This document shows positions 23,301 through 31,239 of a stretch of DNA of 64,000 nt, piece after piece. Numbering within the stretch: the first letter of the stretch is position 1; each line of letters begins with the position of its first letter. The position numbers and the translations under genes were made by a program. The notes below the pieces were generated by a model. That model had not been told where the DNA came from and did not search any database. It saw only the letters and a program-made list of their open reading frames with translations. This DNA comes from a virus, in IMG/VR virus record IMGVR_UViG_3300042454_000021, positions 1 through 64,000 of that record; one strand, written 5' to 3'.

Positions 23301-26087
23301 TTCTATGGTAAATTGTACGATGAGTTATACTCTAAGCCAGAAGCTTCTAGTGATATTGCTGAGAAGTATGGTGATTTATTAAAGTCATTATATGTAGAAG
23401 AACTAGTAGAAGAAGAGAAAGTAGATACATCTAAAGAGAACTTTGTAGAGAAAATGTACAAGAGATCTTTAGAAAATGAATACTATGATTCATTAGAAAA
23501 GATCTTAACAGCTCCTGAGAACTTTGATCGTTTATTAAGTCCTAACACTGATGCTACATTAAAAGCTCTTGCAGCTAAGATGGATGAGTTAGAAGGAATT
23601 GATGAGGCTGATGTACCTAATAGAATTCTTAACAGAAACTACATGACTCAGTTACGTCAAGCATTTATCACTGCTAAGAAGTGGGTGGGTATTGCTGCTG
23701 TAAATATTACAGGTAACTCGTTAGTACAGAAAGCTGAGACTTACTTTAAGACTGGAAGCATCTTCCTTGATCACAATACAGTTGATGTAGATGGTGTTGA
23801 AAGAATGAGTTTATCTAATAGTAAAGATAAAGCTGATCAATATATCTCTGATAAGTTATCTGAATATGCGAATGCTTTTGTGGATGTTGCTAAGGACCCA
23901 TATATCTTGAAGTTGATTTATAGCAATCGTGTTGTAGGATCATTCATGGTATTAGAAAGACTTGGTGTACCTACAGAAGATGTAGCATATTTCATGAATC
24001 AACCTATCATTAAGAAATACATTAAGTATCTAGATTCAATCAATGCTGGTGGTAGTTTAGAGAATAAAGATAACCTTAATTATATTAAGGCCCTATTCCC
24101 TGCTACTGATAAAGCTATTCTTAATTTTAAATTAGATTCAAGTAGACTTGCTGGAAACATTAAGGACTATGCTCAAGGTAAACAAGATGCTGAGTTCAAC
24201 GTTGAACAAAGAGCATTATTACTTGAGTTCTTAAAAATTGCTAATCTTGCATCAGATAGTTTTGAATTTACACAAGCTCTTAACTATGATACAACACAAT
24301 TTAGTAATGCTGATGAGTTAGATAGAAAAGGATTGAAGACAGACATTGCTGAAAGAAGTGGTAATATTTCTTCTCCTGTTAAGATATTAACAACATCACC
24401 TATTGGAGATCAGAAATATTATTTAAATAAAGCTAACGAAGCGTTAGGAACTATTCTTAAGTTTAATCAAGATGACTTTAGAGGCGTAATTAATGATGCT
24501 ATTGAAAGTTATGCTGGTAATAAGTATGTGAGTCCTGATAAATTTAGCAAGGTTGCAGCTAGAATGAATGCTTCATTCTTAGACTACATCATCCAAGCAA
24601 AAGGTAATATTGATGTAGTTGGATTAGCAACTGGACCTAACTCTGTTGCTGCACGTGTAGAAGCTGCTAAAGCTTTATATCCTGATATCAAAATCTTACA
24701 ACAGTTTGCTGTAGAGACTAGTGAGAATCTAGATGGTGGTGCTAAGACTATTAGATTGAAAGGTAATATTAAAGATGCATATGATGAGAACTTACACATC
24801 TCTTATATGAAAGAAATGCGTAGCTATCCTAATGAAGAGATTAGACAACTATATAAAGATATCGTTAAGCTGTCTATTGTACAAGGAACGTTTATGTCTT
24901 CTGTTTCTATTAAGAATATTGTTCCTTTACAAGATTATGCAGATGTTGTAGCTCCCATTATGAACACATTAATTGTTGATGAGGACATTCGTAACTTTGC
25001 TACGTTAGCTATGTTCGAAAGAAATAGTTGGAAAGGTTATGATGCTACAGTTGTTAAATACACTCCAACCTTCTGGGGAGCTAAAAGAAATGCTAATGGT
25101 GATATTATTGCATTAGCGTATGGCGAACCTCACAAATCTCTTGGAAAAGATTCAGCTGGTGTTGACGTTTACCAATGGTATTCTCCTGCTGTAATGTCTG
25201 ATGGTATATTACGTGTATTCAAATATGGTAAAGGTGCTGGAGATAATGTATTAGCAGTTGATAGAATTGTTCGTACAAAGACTCAAGGTTTAATTGATTT
25301 TGTTACAGGTAGAACAATCACACCTACACATTACAAAACTTTAAAAGAAGAACTTGGTAATGATATTAATAAGGTGTGGGGATATCAAAGGGTAGATGAT
25401 ATTAATGGTGATCCATTAATTGATGTTGATCCAAAAAATCCTAACAATCAATATTACATCTATAAACCTATTAACTTGCTAGGAGATGGTAAGATAGCTT
25501 ATGAATATAAAATTTTCCCTACAAAATCTGTATTCCAAAACAATACAGAAACTGTAGAGAATGAATTAGCTGAGCCAACATTATATGCTAAGTATGGTGA
25601 TCCTTATGTAAACATGGCGTATGCAGATAGTTTATTAGATAATAATCTACTTACTGTTGAGTTCTTGAAATTTAATAAAGAATTTCAAGGAACTATAGTT
25701 AACTTTGTTAATGAGATTGCTACAGAAAAAGAAACTCCTGTAGCTATGAGAAATATAGAAAAGGGTAAAGAGATACAAATTGTTGAAGGTTTAATAAAAG
25801 ATAAGTTTAATACAAAAGCTTGGACTAAACCAGCAACGCAATCTGATGGTAGTCAAGCTACAGCTTTACCTATTGATGCATTTGAATCATTCAATGAGTT
25901 CTTAACCTTTGCATTGTTACATGAGAAAGCTCACGAATATATTTTTAAAGGTGAGAACGAAACTATTGGACAATATGAAGATAGAATCAACGAAGAGGCA
26001 ATTGCTAAGCTAAGAGAAATTACTGGACCAAATGATAGTGATTTAGGATTAGACGATGATTTAACAACTGATGACTTTAAATGTTAA
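14343..26087 (+). CDS. Giant virion-packaged DNA-dependent RNA polymerase polyprotein (phi14:2 gp66-like) with zincin-like domains
   Basis: 3914 aa. Catalytic AGSDFDIDKL (DFDID at 23193-23207) is preceded by GFRIPTQ. Also KRIKS/DA..W, N-terminal hydrophobic segments, and HEAFH (19110-19124) and HEKAH (25920-25934). Confidence 0.9.
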   Translation: MPDFDKDLIAPVNLPNQIDREPQVKAYVPAELSAGGTNYAQTEDIFDKLNAATRESKYGRIGAFATYEELAANRRYATYNPNIENQEDFAAYGQSGIEKAVNGTLKGLGLAATTVAGGFGMLYGVAKAPFSGRLADVWDNEIMRGLDNINTKVDNELLPNYYTDKEKNANWYSTDNWLKTNFIFDKLIKNSGFAVGAMVSGNIANAALRGIGAGIGTLAAEGAALSEGSQAFKIFTPLLRNTARAFSAGKNLEAAAILEAGVSDIADVTAKSSRLASLSKLENTFAKFGDSGRRTAIAFYSSAGEASFEALQTAKEYRNALIEDHKKNYGEEPSGDDLANIDKMSESVGKASFFGNLALLGATEFTQLPKLLGSSYAASRNTANSLVGETTDLVIKNGQYVSAKSALTKFGKLSDKVTGIGRYIFDPKEAAQENLQYALQIGSQNYYNKAFRTGEGGSLVDSMLYGLFGKNEEGEDVGSFVSKEGIEGTILGGITGGLMQARGNYVGQREINKNTEAFLQEIGPATEFRDAFIDKMNSNNRAIVLQEEEQKAILQGDKVEAMDLRTDQMHNYLTTRIKYGRFDMVMDDIESLRKDAATEQGLASLKEQGYANVNDDIQSYGQRLSKIEQVAKNTDQLYRSINMRYSGQTNEDGSKKYSKEAIDKMVYAASKVADYDLRIPQVNAALVAAGINTQEILDEIHGLGKTNRQSTKKALQQLNQKADQQIDDLDTIDTDELKSSLSDVIEMALRRKLYLKDYNDLKENPEKYDLEGDQQEEKGTVKVKQFTEVEGKQKTVGVDVEVGKEYSLRSPIRREGNQLQLAPKLTVLSKTLGGEYEVKTPNGDVTFLKPEEFKQYALSSVSNTSEELANMLDDSIDSVLKRKEFADIVIPEGMSKLDFINSTNNGKLVDAIQNQFSKKSEEFLKKQAEELVKKEKVQAIAGKIKAFQTNAEKNSGTIPTEAPSLEEEVSTSAVTMNKIFTRLFTSTTGPGEGAVLKPHQVRFNSFLNNAKNFKNRGKLQAIMFTYKQQKALGLDGVIEMAWNTEPGKLDETKLATVTNPVKGNVMVVFIQVDKNGAQSFIDANGNLIGKVGEQVDLNKVVFSTMPTSETYTQSSDGKRTNRFRAGEEEQATEVAKAWQTFRDTLFADPENTKRRYGFNISKGVPIINKAAPEKNVVGEVLVPEDKISTQAELIQVPTTGTISHEDGENYKFPNGRPVLVYGDTLQFINNAPLTSKKATVVYNLLKELSDVINSSTSSDNPIVFDPKKMAFLQNVLFWDSANKTPASNNKVYINDETGELHIGEKVYDFANIEKSKDAIMAQLQTVYHSVNNKTLALGLAQKFYEYTDTGSVIEWPNYQTYLLSGKGRSVNETPLTTSVSKPTDAVPYSYNQKYAYFEGIDLEYEIIKPATEEGVQVYKAQAGNINYTVVTGENGESNINVSPTDPTVQAIAKDAKKVAAVNEALQEAGIFDDLDTAEESVAKLLANQIKASISAKPAEEAAPVEEPKEQKPKGGRDQPAYKRVGRFGATAISPVDMEAFRQWAAEKLPVMPYEFLDNMIRTYDGKAAWGALEKGVAKIFKGAARGTEYHEAFHFVFRGFLSPAQQEAMFNEFRAKTGSFLDTTSGKKIDYADATDLQIEERIADDFADFRLGKLPARSLSESIRRFFKAIVDFFKSFVNNPSLKDDLFNSIETGEFKERAYPDLVKDKTTAYKEIPGFSSEKTVNDFVQDITANIFLELFSENKSLFRPEEITSKELFDKVREKTQDYDYYTDLTDEAWDALVDRTKTFLKKYKIEFDEDSRITINDETADRNSYAAETFSINYKKSSPYAIKLLVGTLIKTKRLDQRFSTSLEEPNYLESSIDGFQLVPYGEVYSTLLNELENTKDVNQFVDKLVALTKEKSEYVRLFKRLGGNLETGKIKFDQYDADDWRLFASFFQEFTKQKPGAIKQFRDGLQVYSGSANQAAASNQLENEWIEGMIALADNPTSLVYRDGDTKTYKVDKVTLSETPIRNKGEMIYFLEKLGIGFPLASYNKLRGTQIKDFADAVSSIKTGLTGVKENIRTLKGGTLDISKGLGELANLYTITTGTNINTTFYNAEGKQQQEFTDNNAPSYFESVFNSVETFDELMAKMPQLQDVFSNNSQILKKGGVFFTKEGERTDASLNVNFIVGDQNKVTNEGKSTAALSIGDRMTTEINQNIDGNYYILIPADGSTEWMMNMGNQVSYMQFALGEGMTDVYKIFEGYLKDDIALAQDSKNRSKLRNVGDKAKELRFFKDILPEGLLKKVNALINSNADVAKIDAFLDTKVNKLEDGVVQKSNRDLINEAVKNFIDSTVAETKDILLSNNQLVNIKNGNYKYENLDTNFTRRNNISNNNISENELMNILTFVNSNYIINNIEYHKVLFGDPYQFKIDKGKLDETKRIKSFLSPRRFTFDTPEYNTFLNQDMNKAGGIQLTKDDYGFHEFKNYLKTFTAKNVEIVGAISNMFPAYSNLDEADASSWISAEAYREVKMKNAQWSDEAEAFYQWQMAYTRQELAKKGDYTYGNDALRKHDAKLMKNQPTSPQYFIEVLKPIVSGNKFGKNNIDLVLDKFSQLPIFYSAVKGTNLENLYMQMFKGGYDYAVVESGRKVGAEELHDLYKPNGEFNKDVFNNTIDVPWSSYGIQVENSYEKDKLQTRGSQLTKLATVDLYSNGKALTPEIDAEVKYNTDILNKLTLAGYKELLTKLGIQDLGDGYEVFDKTAVSETLRQQMLSQELSDNAIDSITIDPLTGQFIVPFEASTNYIQIKNILYSIVNKSIIRTKMSGFPGTQVSASMWENSADGRSLVVKDVDGNWINVSREKFENMSPEEQGEVKLTSSTLKFYTKEEPWCEVLLPNWMKKQFGDMTEEKILEYLDTDEGRKILSGIGFRIPTQALSSVEVFKVKGFLPEYMGRTVVVPSEITKKAGSDFDIDKLNMYLKSVYTDTNGNVRLVEYKGSEEATKEFYGKLYDELYSKPEASSDIAEKYGDLLKSLYVEELVEEEKVDTSKENFVEKMYKRSLENEYYDSLEKILTAPENFDRLLSPNTDATLKALAAKMDELEGIDEADVPNRILNRNYMTQLRQAFITAKKWVGIAAVNITGNSLVQKAETYFKTGSIFLDHNTVDVDGVERMSLSNSKDKADQYISDKLSEYANAFVDVAKDPYILKLIYSNRVVGSFMVLERLGVPTEDVAYFMNQPIIKKYIKYLDSINAGGSLENKDNLNYIKALFPATDKAILNFKLDSSRLAGNIKDYAQGKQDAEFNVEQRALLLEFLKIANLASDSFEFTQALNYDTTQFSNADELDRKGLKTDIAERSGNISSPVKILTTSPIGDQKYYLNKANEALGTILKFNQDDFRGVINDAIESYAGNKYVSPDKFSKVAARMNASFLDYIIQAKGNIDVVGLATGPNSVAARVEAAKALYPDIKILQQFAVETSENLDGGAKTIRLKGNIKDAYDENLHISYMKEMRSYPNEEIRQLYKDIVKLSIVQGTFMSSVSIKNIVPLQDYADVVAPIMNTLIVDEDIRNFATLAMFERNSWKGYDATVVKYTPTFWGAKRNANGDIIALAYGEPHKSLGKDSAGVDVYQWYSPAVMSDGILRVFKYGKGAGDNVLAVDRIVRTKTQGLIDFVTGRTITPTHYKTLKEELGNDINKVWGYQRVDDINGDPLIDVDPKNPNNQYYIYKPINLLGDGKIAYEYKIFPTKSVFQNNTETVENELAEPTLYAKYGDPYVNMAYADSLLDNNLLTVEFLKFNKEFQGTIVNFVNEIATEKETPVAMRNIEKGKEIQIVEGLIKDKFNTKAWTKPATQSDGSQATALPIDAFESFNEFLTFALLHEKAHEYIFKGENETIGQYEDRINEEAIAKLREITGPNDSDLGLDDDLTTDDFKC

Positions 26088-26092
26088 TATAG

Positions 26093-29000
26093 ATGGCACA
26101 AGTTTGTAGTGTAGGAATTGATAGAGTTGTAACACAGGTTACTCAAGATAAACCATGGTTTAAATACACCAGTGATAACAACTTTATAGAAGTCCTTGTT
26201 TCTCCAAAGAATAAGATTAATGAGAGTAACATTGCAGTAGTCTCTCGTAAGGTTGCAGCTAAGTTAAACTCTTCTATCAATTCTACTTTGGATATTGGTC
26301 AAGTGTTTTATCCATATAGACGTGATGGTAAAGATGGTGTATTAATTGCTCCTTCAAAAACTCAATTAGAATTATTGAATTCTGAAGATAGTAAAGAAAG
26401 AGAAGTATTACAAGCAAAAGTCATTGAAGAAGAATCTCGCAGTCTCCAACAAAAAGAGATGGAGCGTGGTGATTATACAGAGGATGATAGAGGAGAATTC
26501 TTCCAGTTTTCCCAAAGTGCAACTATAGGATCTACAGCTTCTAATGAGACTGTAGATTTAATGAAAGATTTCTTAAATCGTATTGGTGTTAAGATTCAAA
26601 CATTAGAAAAGTTACAAGTAAATGGTACAATGCAAGATGCTAATGGTGTTGCTAACATCATGCAAAGACTTGTTCAAGTTGTTCAAGGTAAAGAGAATGT
26701 AGCTCTTGTAGAAGAAGCTATGCACTTTGCTGTTGAGATTATTGAACAACGTAATCCAGCATTGTTTAATAAACTACTTAAAGAGATTAATAGCTATGCT
26801 ATCTTTAATGATGTTGTGGCTGAGTATGGTAACAATCCAAACTATCAAACAGCAGATGGTAAACCAGATATCAGGAAGCTAAAGAAAGAGGCTATTGGTA
26901 AAGTGTTAGCAGAAAGTGTTATCAATAAGAATGAAGGATTAACAGAGAAGCCTGAGCTATTAGCTAAGGTAGAATCATGGTGGCAGCAAATTATTAATGC
27001 TCTTAAGAGTATATTCTTAGAGAGTGGATTTGATCAAGCATCTATGCAAGTGTTATCTGGTGAGTTTGAAGGAACTGTAGATGACTTACGCGCAGAAGAA
27101 GGAGATATATATTTACAACAAGCCACAACTAAGCAAGATCAAATCATTAATAAGTTATTAGAGGTTAGTAACTCTATAGATGAGACTGATACTGGTTATG
27201 CTATTAATGGTGTAAAGGTTGCCAGACGTGTAACAGAACTTGTTAAGGATTGGTATTCAAATCGTTTTGCTGATAAAGATTTAACTAAGTCTGAATTCCA
27301 ACAAGCTGTTGATGATTTAAAAGCTGAGAAGGGAACTGCTGGTCATAATGATATTGAGTGGATGTTAAAGAATCATTTCTTAGCAGATGATCGTACATTG
27401 CTTCCAAAAGATCAAAGACCTAGTGATGCTGGATATGTTTCTCAATTAGATCCAAATAATAGAATACCATACAATTTACTTAAAGTTAATCTTGAAGAGC
27501 GTTTAAAATCATTTGGTCCAGGAACTAAGTTCTTAGCTGAGACTATTGTATATAATAATAAAGACTTAGCTGGTAAAGTTGATTTTATTGCTGTTACCCC
27601 TGAAGGTAAAGTAAGCATCCTTGACTGGAAGTTTATGGATTTAAATCTTCAGCAATACAAAGATGTACCTTGGTATAAAGTAAATGCTTGGAGACAACAA
27701 ATGAAGTTGTATAAGAATATTTTACAAAACACTTATGGTGTTGCTTCTGAAGACTTTGATCAAACACGTATGATTCCTATTAAGGCTATCTATACTGATA
27801 CTGATTATAAGAATGAAGTTAAGCCTAGACTTACAGGATTACAGATTGGTGATGTAGATGTTAAAGCTGAGGAGAATGCATATCTATTACCTGTAGGATT
27901 AGAAACAGAAAAGACTGGTATTAAAAAGTTAGATGCATTGATTGAGAAACTTAATAAAGTGTATCAAACTATATCAGAAAAGAAAGCTGCTCCAGGAATG
28001 AAAGCTGAGAAGGCTCGTCAACTGAATGCATTATATGATGCTATAAGACAGTTACAAGTTAGACAAAACATCAAGCCTTTATTACATCAAGCTAAAGTTC
28101 TTAATGTAGAGATTGAAAGAATCATCTCTGATTACAATAATATATTTAAAGGAAAGGATCCTAAATCATTTACAAGACAAGAGAAGAACGATTTTGCTGA
28201 TAGAATATTAGCATTCGAAGATTCATTAAAAGTATATGAAACATTATCTACTGACCTTAAGTCTGTTTTTAGAGGACAGCTTTCTGAAGAAGATGCAGAA
28301 ACTTTAAAAGATATTATCAAAACATCTGATTCTGCTAAAGACTTAGCTTCTGATTTAGAAGATGTAAGTAAAGAATTTGCTACTGATATTATTGCTAAAA
28401 GTCAAAACGTATTAGATTTCTTAAACCCTGAGAAAGTGGTTAGAGGATTTAGTAGATGGTTTGGTTCTACATCAACCATTCAATTAAAGGCTACAGAGTT
28501 ATTATATAAGCTTGCTAATACAGCTTTTGCTAACGCAGCACAAGATACTATAGAGCAAGGTAAGATATTACAGTCTTTAAAAACAGGATATGATAAGTGG
28601 GCTAAAGGTAAAGGATTAAACAATAAGAACTACTTTGATATTCTTAAGAAGAAAGGTAAGAATGAATTAATTGATGAATTCAATCCTGAGTTCTACTCTC
28701 AATTAAAAAGTAAAACTACTGGTGCAGCTAAAGAGAACAAAGATCATAAGTGGGTTATAGATAATATTGATGTAACTGAATACAACAAGTTCTTATCTGA
28801 GCAAAAAGAAAAAGAATATACTCGTATTAAAGATAAAGCTAGATTTGGTACACAAGAAGAAAATGATAAAGCAATTGCTAGAGAGATAAATGATATTAAT
28901 CAACTCTACAATACATCAACAACAACTTCTCCAGGATGGTTATTGTATGACTATGTTAAAAAATATCCTAAGCGTGAGAAATGGGAAAGTTCTGAATGGA

Positions 29001-31111
29001 AAGAACTTAACAAACCAGCTAACGCTCCAGCTTTAGAATTCTATAAGTACATTAAACAACGTAATGAAGCTTATGAGAAGTTAGGATATATTAACTCAGC
29101 TCAGGCTCGTACATTCTTACCATTTGTAAGAAAGAGTTTAATGGAGAAAATTGTAATGGGTGGACAGATTAGATTAGGTGAAGATCTAATGAGAGCTGTT
29201 ACAGTAAGTGAGAGTGATATTGGCTTTGGTCAAATTGATCCTATCACTAAGGAGCCTATATATAATATCCCTAAGTATTTTACTAGAGCTACTGATGAAG
29301 AAGCAAGTGAGGACTTATTTAGAAATATGACTCTTTTAAATGAGATGGCTATTCGTTATGAATATTTATCAAATATTGAGGATCAGATGAGACTTATTGT
29401 TCGTGTAGAATCTAATAAAGAAGCTATCAAGACATCATACTTTGGTAAAACTATTTATAAAGAAGATGGTGATCCTGCTACTGTAGCTGACAATAGTGAT
29501 AACACTAAGCTTGTCAGGGATATGATGGAGGCCATTGTGTATGGACATAGATTTGTAGAGAACGAAAACTTTGATCAGTTATTAGGTGGACTTTCTGGAT
29601 TTGGTAAGAGAGCTAATAAAGTATTAGGTGTAAAAGTATTCTCTGAGAATTATGACAATGCTCAAATCTCAATGAATAAAGCATTGGGTTCATTGAATAA
29701 CTATTTCCAATTAAAGACATTAGGACTGAACCCTATCTCTGCACTATCCAACTTATTAGGAGGTTCGTTCCAGAGTTATATTAATGCTGGTACATACTTT
29801 ACTAAGTCACAGTTCTTAGCTAATGAGTTCTTGATGGCTGGTAGAATGAATGGTGCTGATTCTACAAAGTATCTTGGAGCTCTAGAATATTTCTTACCTC
29901 TTACAGAAAACTATAATCAAGAGATTGCTAGAAAACTATCTGTAGGATTAAATCCTGAAGGTGTTCAAGAAATCTTAATGAGCTTGATGAGAAAGTCTGA
30001 TCAATATGTACAGACAGTTAACTTCTTTAGCTATTTAGATAATGCTATTGTAATTGATGGTGAGGTAACAAATGCTAGAGAGTATCTTAGAAAGACTGAT
30101 AAGTATGCTAACATCTATAAAGTTAGTGCTACTGAAAGAGCTGAGCTTGAAAAGAATTTTGATAGTGAAGTAGAGAAGTTGGTTAATGAGAAAGGTGTAA
30201 TGAAACTTGCTACTATGGAGAATGGTAGTATGGTTATCCCTGGTATAGAAAGAAAGTCTGATAGTGTTATAGAGTTACGTAGAAAAGTTCAAGCTATCAC
30301 TAAAGATGCATTAGGTAACTTATCTGATGATGATGTTAGAAAGATTAACTTAAACATCTATGGAAAGTCATTCATGATCTTTAAGAACTGGATACCTCGT
30401 CTTATTGATGTACGTCTAGGTAACTTGAAATATAATTCTGCTACAGAAGCATATGAGTGGGGAAGAAGTAGAATGGTAATGCGTGTTCTTAGTGATGGAT
30501 TAATTCCAGCAATGGGAAGATTCATGGACATTGTACAAGGTAATGAAGCAGGTATTGAATACATGCGTGAGATGTTTGAAAAGAAAGCTGCTGAATATAA
30601 GAAAGATACAGGTAAAGTTTTACAAATGACTGAAGCTGAGTTCATGGACTTAGTTAGAAAGAACATTAAAGATCAAGCAACTGACGTTGCATTCTATCTT
30701 ACATTAACTTCAATCTTCTTAGGACTTAAAGCTGCAGCACCAGATGACGATGATGATAAAGCTACACAGAACCAATATAAGTTTATGTTACGTGTTGTAG
30801 ATAAGGTGAAGGATGAGATTGCATACTTCTATAATCCTACATCATTAGTGAACTTAACTAAGTCTGGTATCTTCCCATCTTTATCATTGTATGATAACTT
30901 TATCAAGATGTTTAAGAACTTTGGTTTAGAGATGTATTATTTAGGTACAGATGACATTAAAGCAGCAGATAAAAATCAGGTGACTAAGTATTTCTTGAAA
31001 GGCTTCCCTGTATTATATGAGTTTGATATCCCTATATTATTATTCTTTCCTGATGTAGCTAAAGACTTAGGAATGAAAGCTCAGTCTGAAGCCAAACCAA
31101 TGGGACTATAA
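26093..31111 (+). CDS. Large virion protein following the RNAP, with a zincin-like EExxH segment and a PD-(D/E)XK nuclease-like domain
   Basis: 1672 aa with ALVEEAMHF and LAGKVDFIAVTPEGKVSILDWK...W..Q...Y, plus a helical C-terminus with FKNWIP. Confidence 0.65.
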   Translation: MAQVCSVGIDRVVTQVTQDKPWFKYTSDNNFIEVLVSPKNKINESNIAVVSRKVAAKLNSSINSTLDIGQVFYPYRRDGKDGVLIAPSKTQLELLNSEDSKEREVLQAKVIEEESRSLQQKEMERGDYTEDDRGEFFQFSQSATIGSTASNETVDLMKDFLNRIGVKIQTLEKLQVNGTMQDANGVANIMQRLVQVVQGKENVALVEEAMHFAVEIIEQRNPALFNKLLKEINSYAIFNDVVAEYGNNPNYQTADGKPDIRKLKKEAIGKVLAESVINKNEGLTEKPELLAKVESWWQQIINALKSIFLESGFDQASMQVLSGEFEGTVDDLRAEEGDIYLQQATTKQDQIINKLLEVSNSIDETDTGYAINGVKVARRVTELVKDWYSNRFADKDLTKSEFQQAVDDLKAEKGTAGHNDIEWMLKNHFLADDRTLLPKDQRPSDAGYVSQLDPNNRIPYNLLKVNLEERLKSFGPGTKFLAETIVYNNKDLAGKVDFIAVTPEGKVSILDWKFMDLNLQQYKDVPWYKVNAWRQQMKLYKNILQNTYGVASEDFDQTRMIPIKAIYTDTDYKNEVKPRLTGLQIGDVDVKAEENAYLLPVGLETEKTGIKKLDALIEKLNKVYQTISEKKAAPGMKAEKARQLNALYDAIRQLQVRQNIKPLLHQAKVLNVEIERIISDYNNIFKGKDPKSFTRQEKNDFADRILAFEDSLKVYETLSTDLKSVFRGQLSEEDAETLKDIIKTSDSAKDLASDLEDVSKEFATDIIAKSQNVLDFLNPEKVVRGFSRWFGSTSTIQLKATELLYKLANTAFANAAQDTIEQGKILQSLKTGYDKWAKGKGLNNKNYFDILKKKGKNELIDEFNPEFYSQLKSKTTGAAKENKDHKWVIDNIDVTEYNKFLSEQKEKEYTRIKDKARFGTQEENDKAIAREINDINQLYNTSTTTSPGWLLYDYVKKYPKREKWESSEWKELNKPANAPALEFYKYIKQRNEAYEKLGYINSAQARTFLPFVRKSLMEKIVMGGQIRLGEDLMRAVTVSESDIGFGQIDPITKEPIYNIPKYFTRATDEEASEDLFRNMTLLNEMAIRYEYLSNIEDQMRLIVRVESNKEAIKTSYFGKTIYKEDGDPATVADNSDNTKLVRDMMEAIVYGHRFVENENFDQLLGGLSGFGKRANKVLGVKVFSENYDNAQISMNKALGSLNNYFQLKTLGLNPISALSNLLGGSFQSYINAGTYFTKSQFLANEFLMAGRMNGADSTKYLGALEYFLPLTENYNQEIARKLSVGLNPEGVQEILMSLMRKSDQYVQTVNFFSYLDNAIVIDGEVTNAREYLRKTDKYANIYKVSATERAELEKNFDSEVEKLVNEKGVMKLATMENGSMVIPGIERKSDSVIELRRKVQAITKDALGNLSDDDVRKINLNIYGKSFMIFKNWIPRLIDVRLGNLKYNSATEAYEWGRSRMVMRVLSDGLIPAMGRFMDIVQGNEAGIEYMREMFEKKAAEYKKDTGKVLQMTEAEFMDLVRKNIKDQATDVAFYLTLTSIFLGLKAAAPDDDDDKATQNQYKFMLRVVDKVKDEIAYFYNPTSLVNLTKSGIFPSLSLYDNFIKMFKNFGLEMYYLGTDDIKAADKNQVTKYFLKGFPVLYEFDIPILLFFPDVAKDLGMKAQSEAKPMGL

Positions 31112-31168
31112 TTGCTATATTATGCAGTATAGTTTTATTACTGCATGTAACAACTAAAATTATTTAAC

Positions 31169-31176
31169 TATTTTTG
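31169..31176 (+). promoter_or_regulatory. Putative -7 promoter element for the fibre/modification operon
   Basis: TATTTTTG (TAnnTTTG) in the intergenic gap before ATG 31240. Confidence 0.5.
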
Positions 31177-31239
31177 CTAGTATGAGGTTATACCCTTTAA
31201 CCTCCTACTAGCTATAGACATTTATAACAATATCATATT

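Noticed and set aside
14343-26087. Intein or intron inflating the RNAP (also checked RecA)
   Set aside because: I recognised no intein splice motifs or LAGLIDADG blocks, and the reading frames are continuous.
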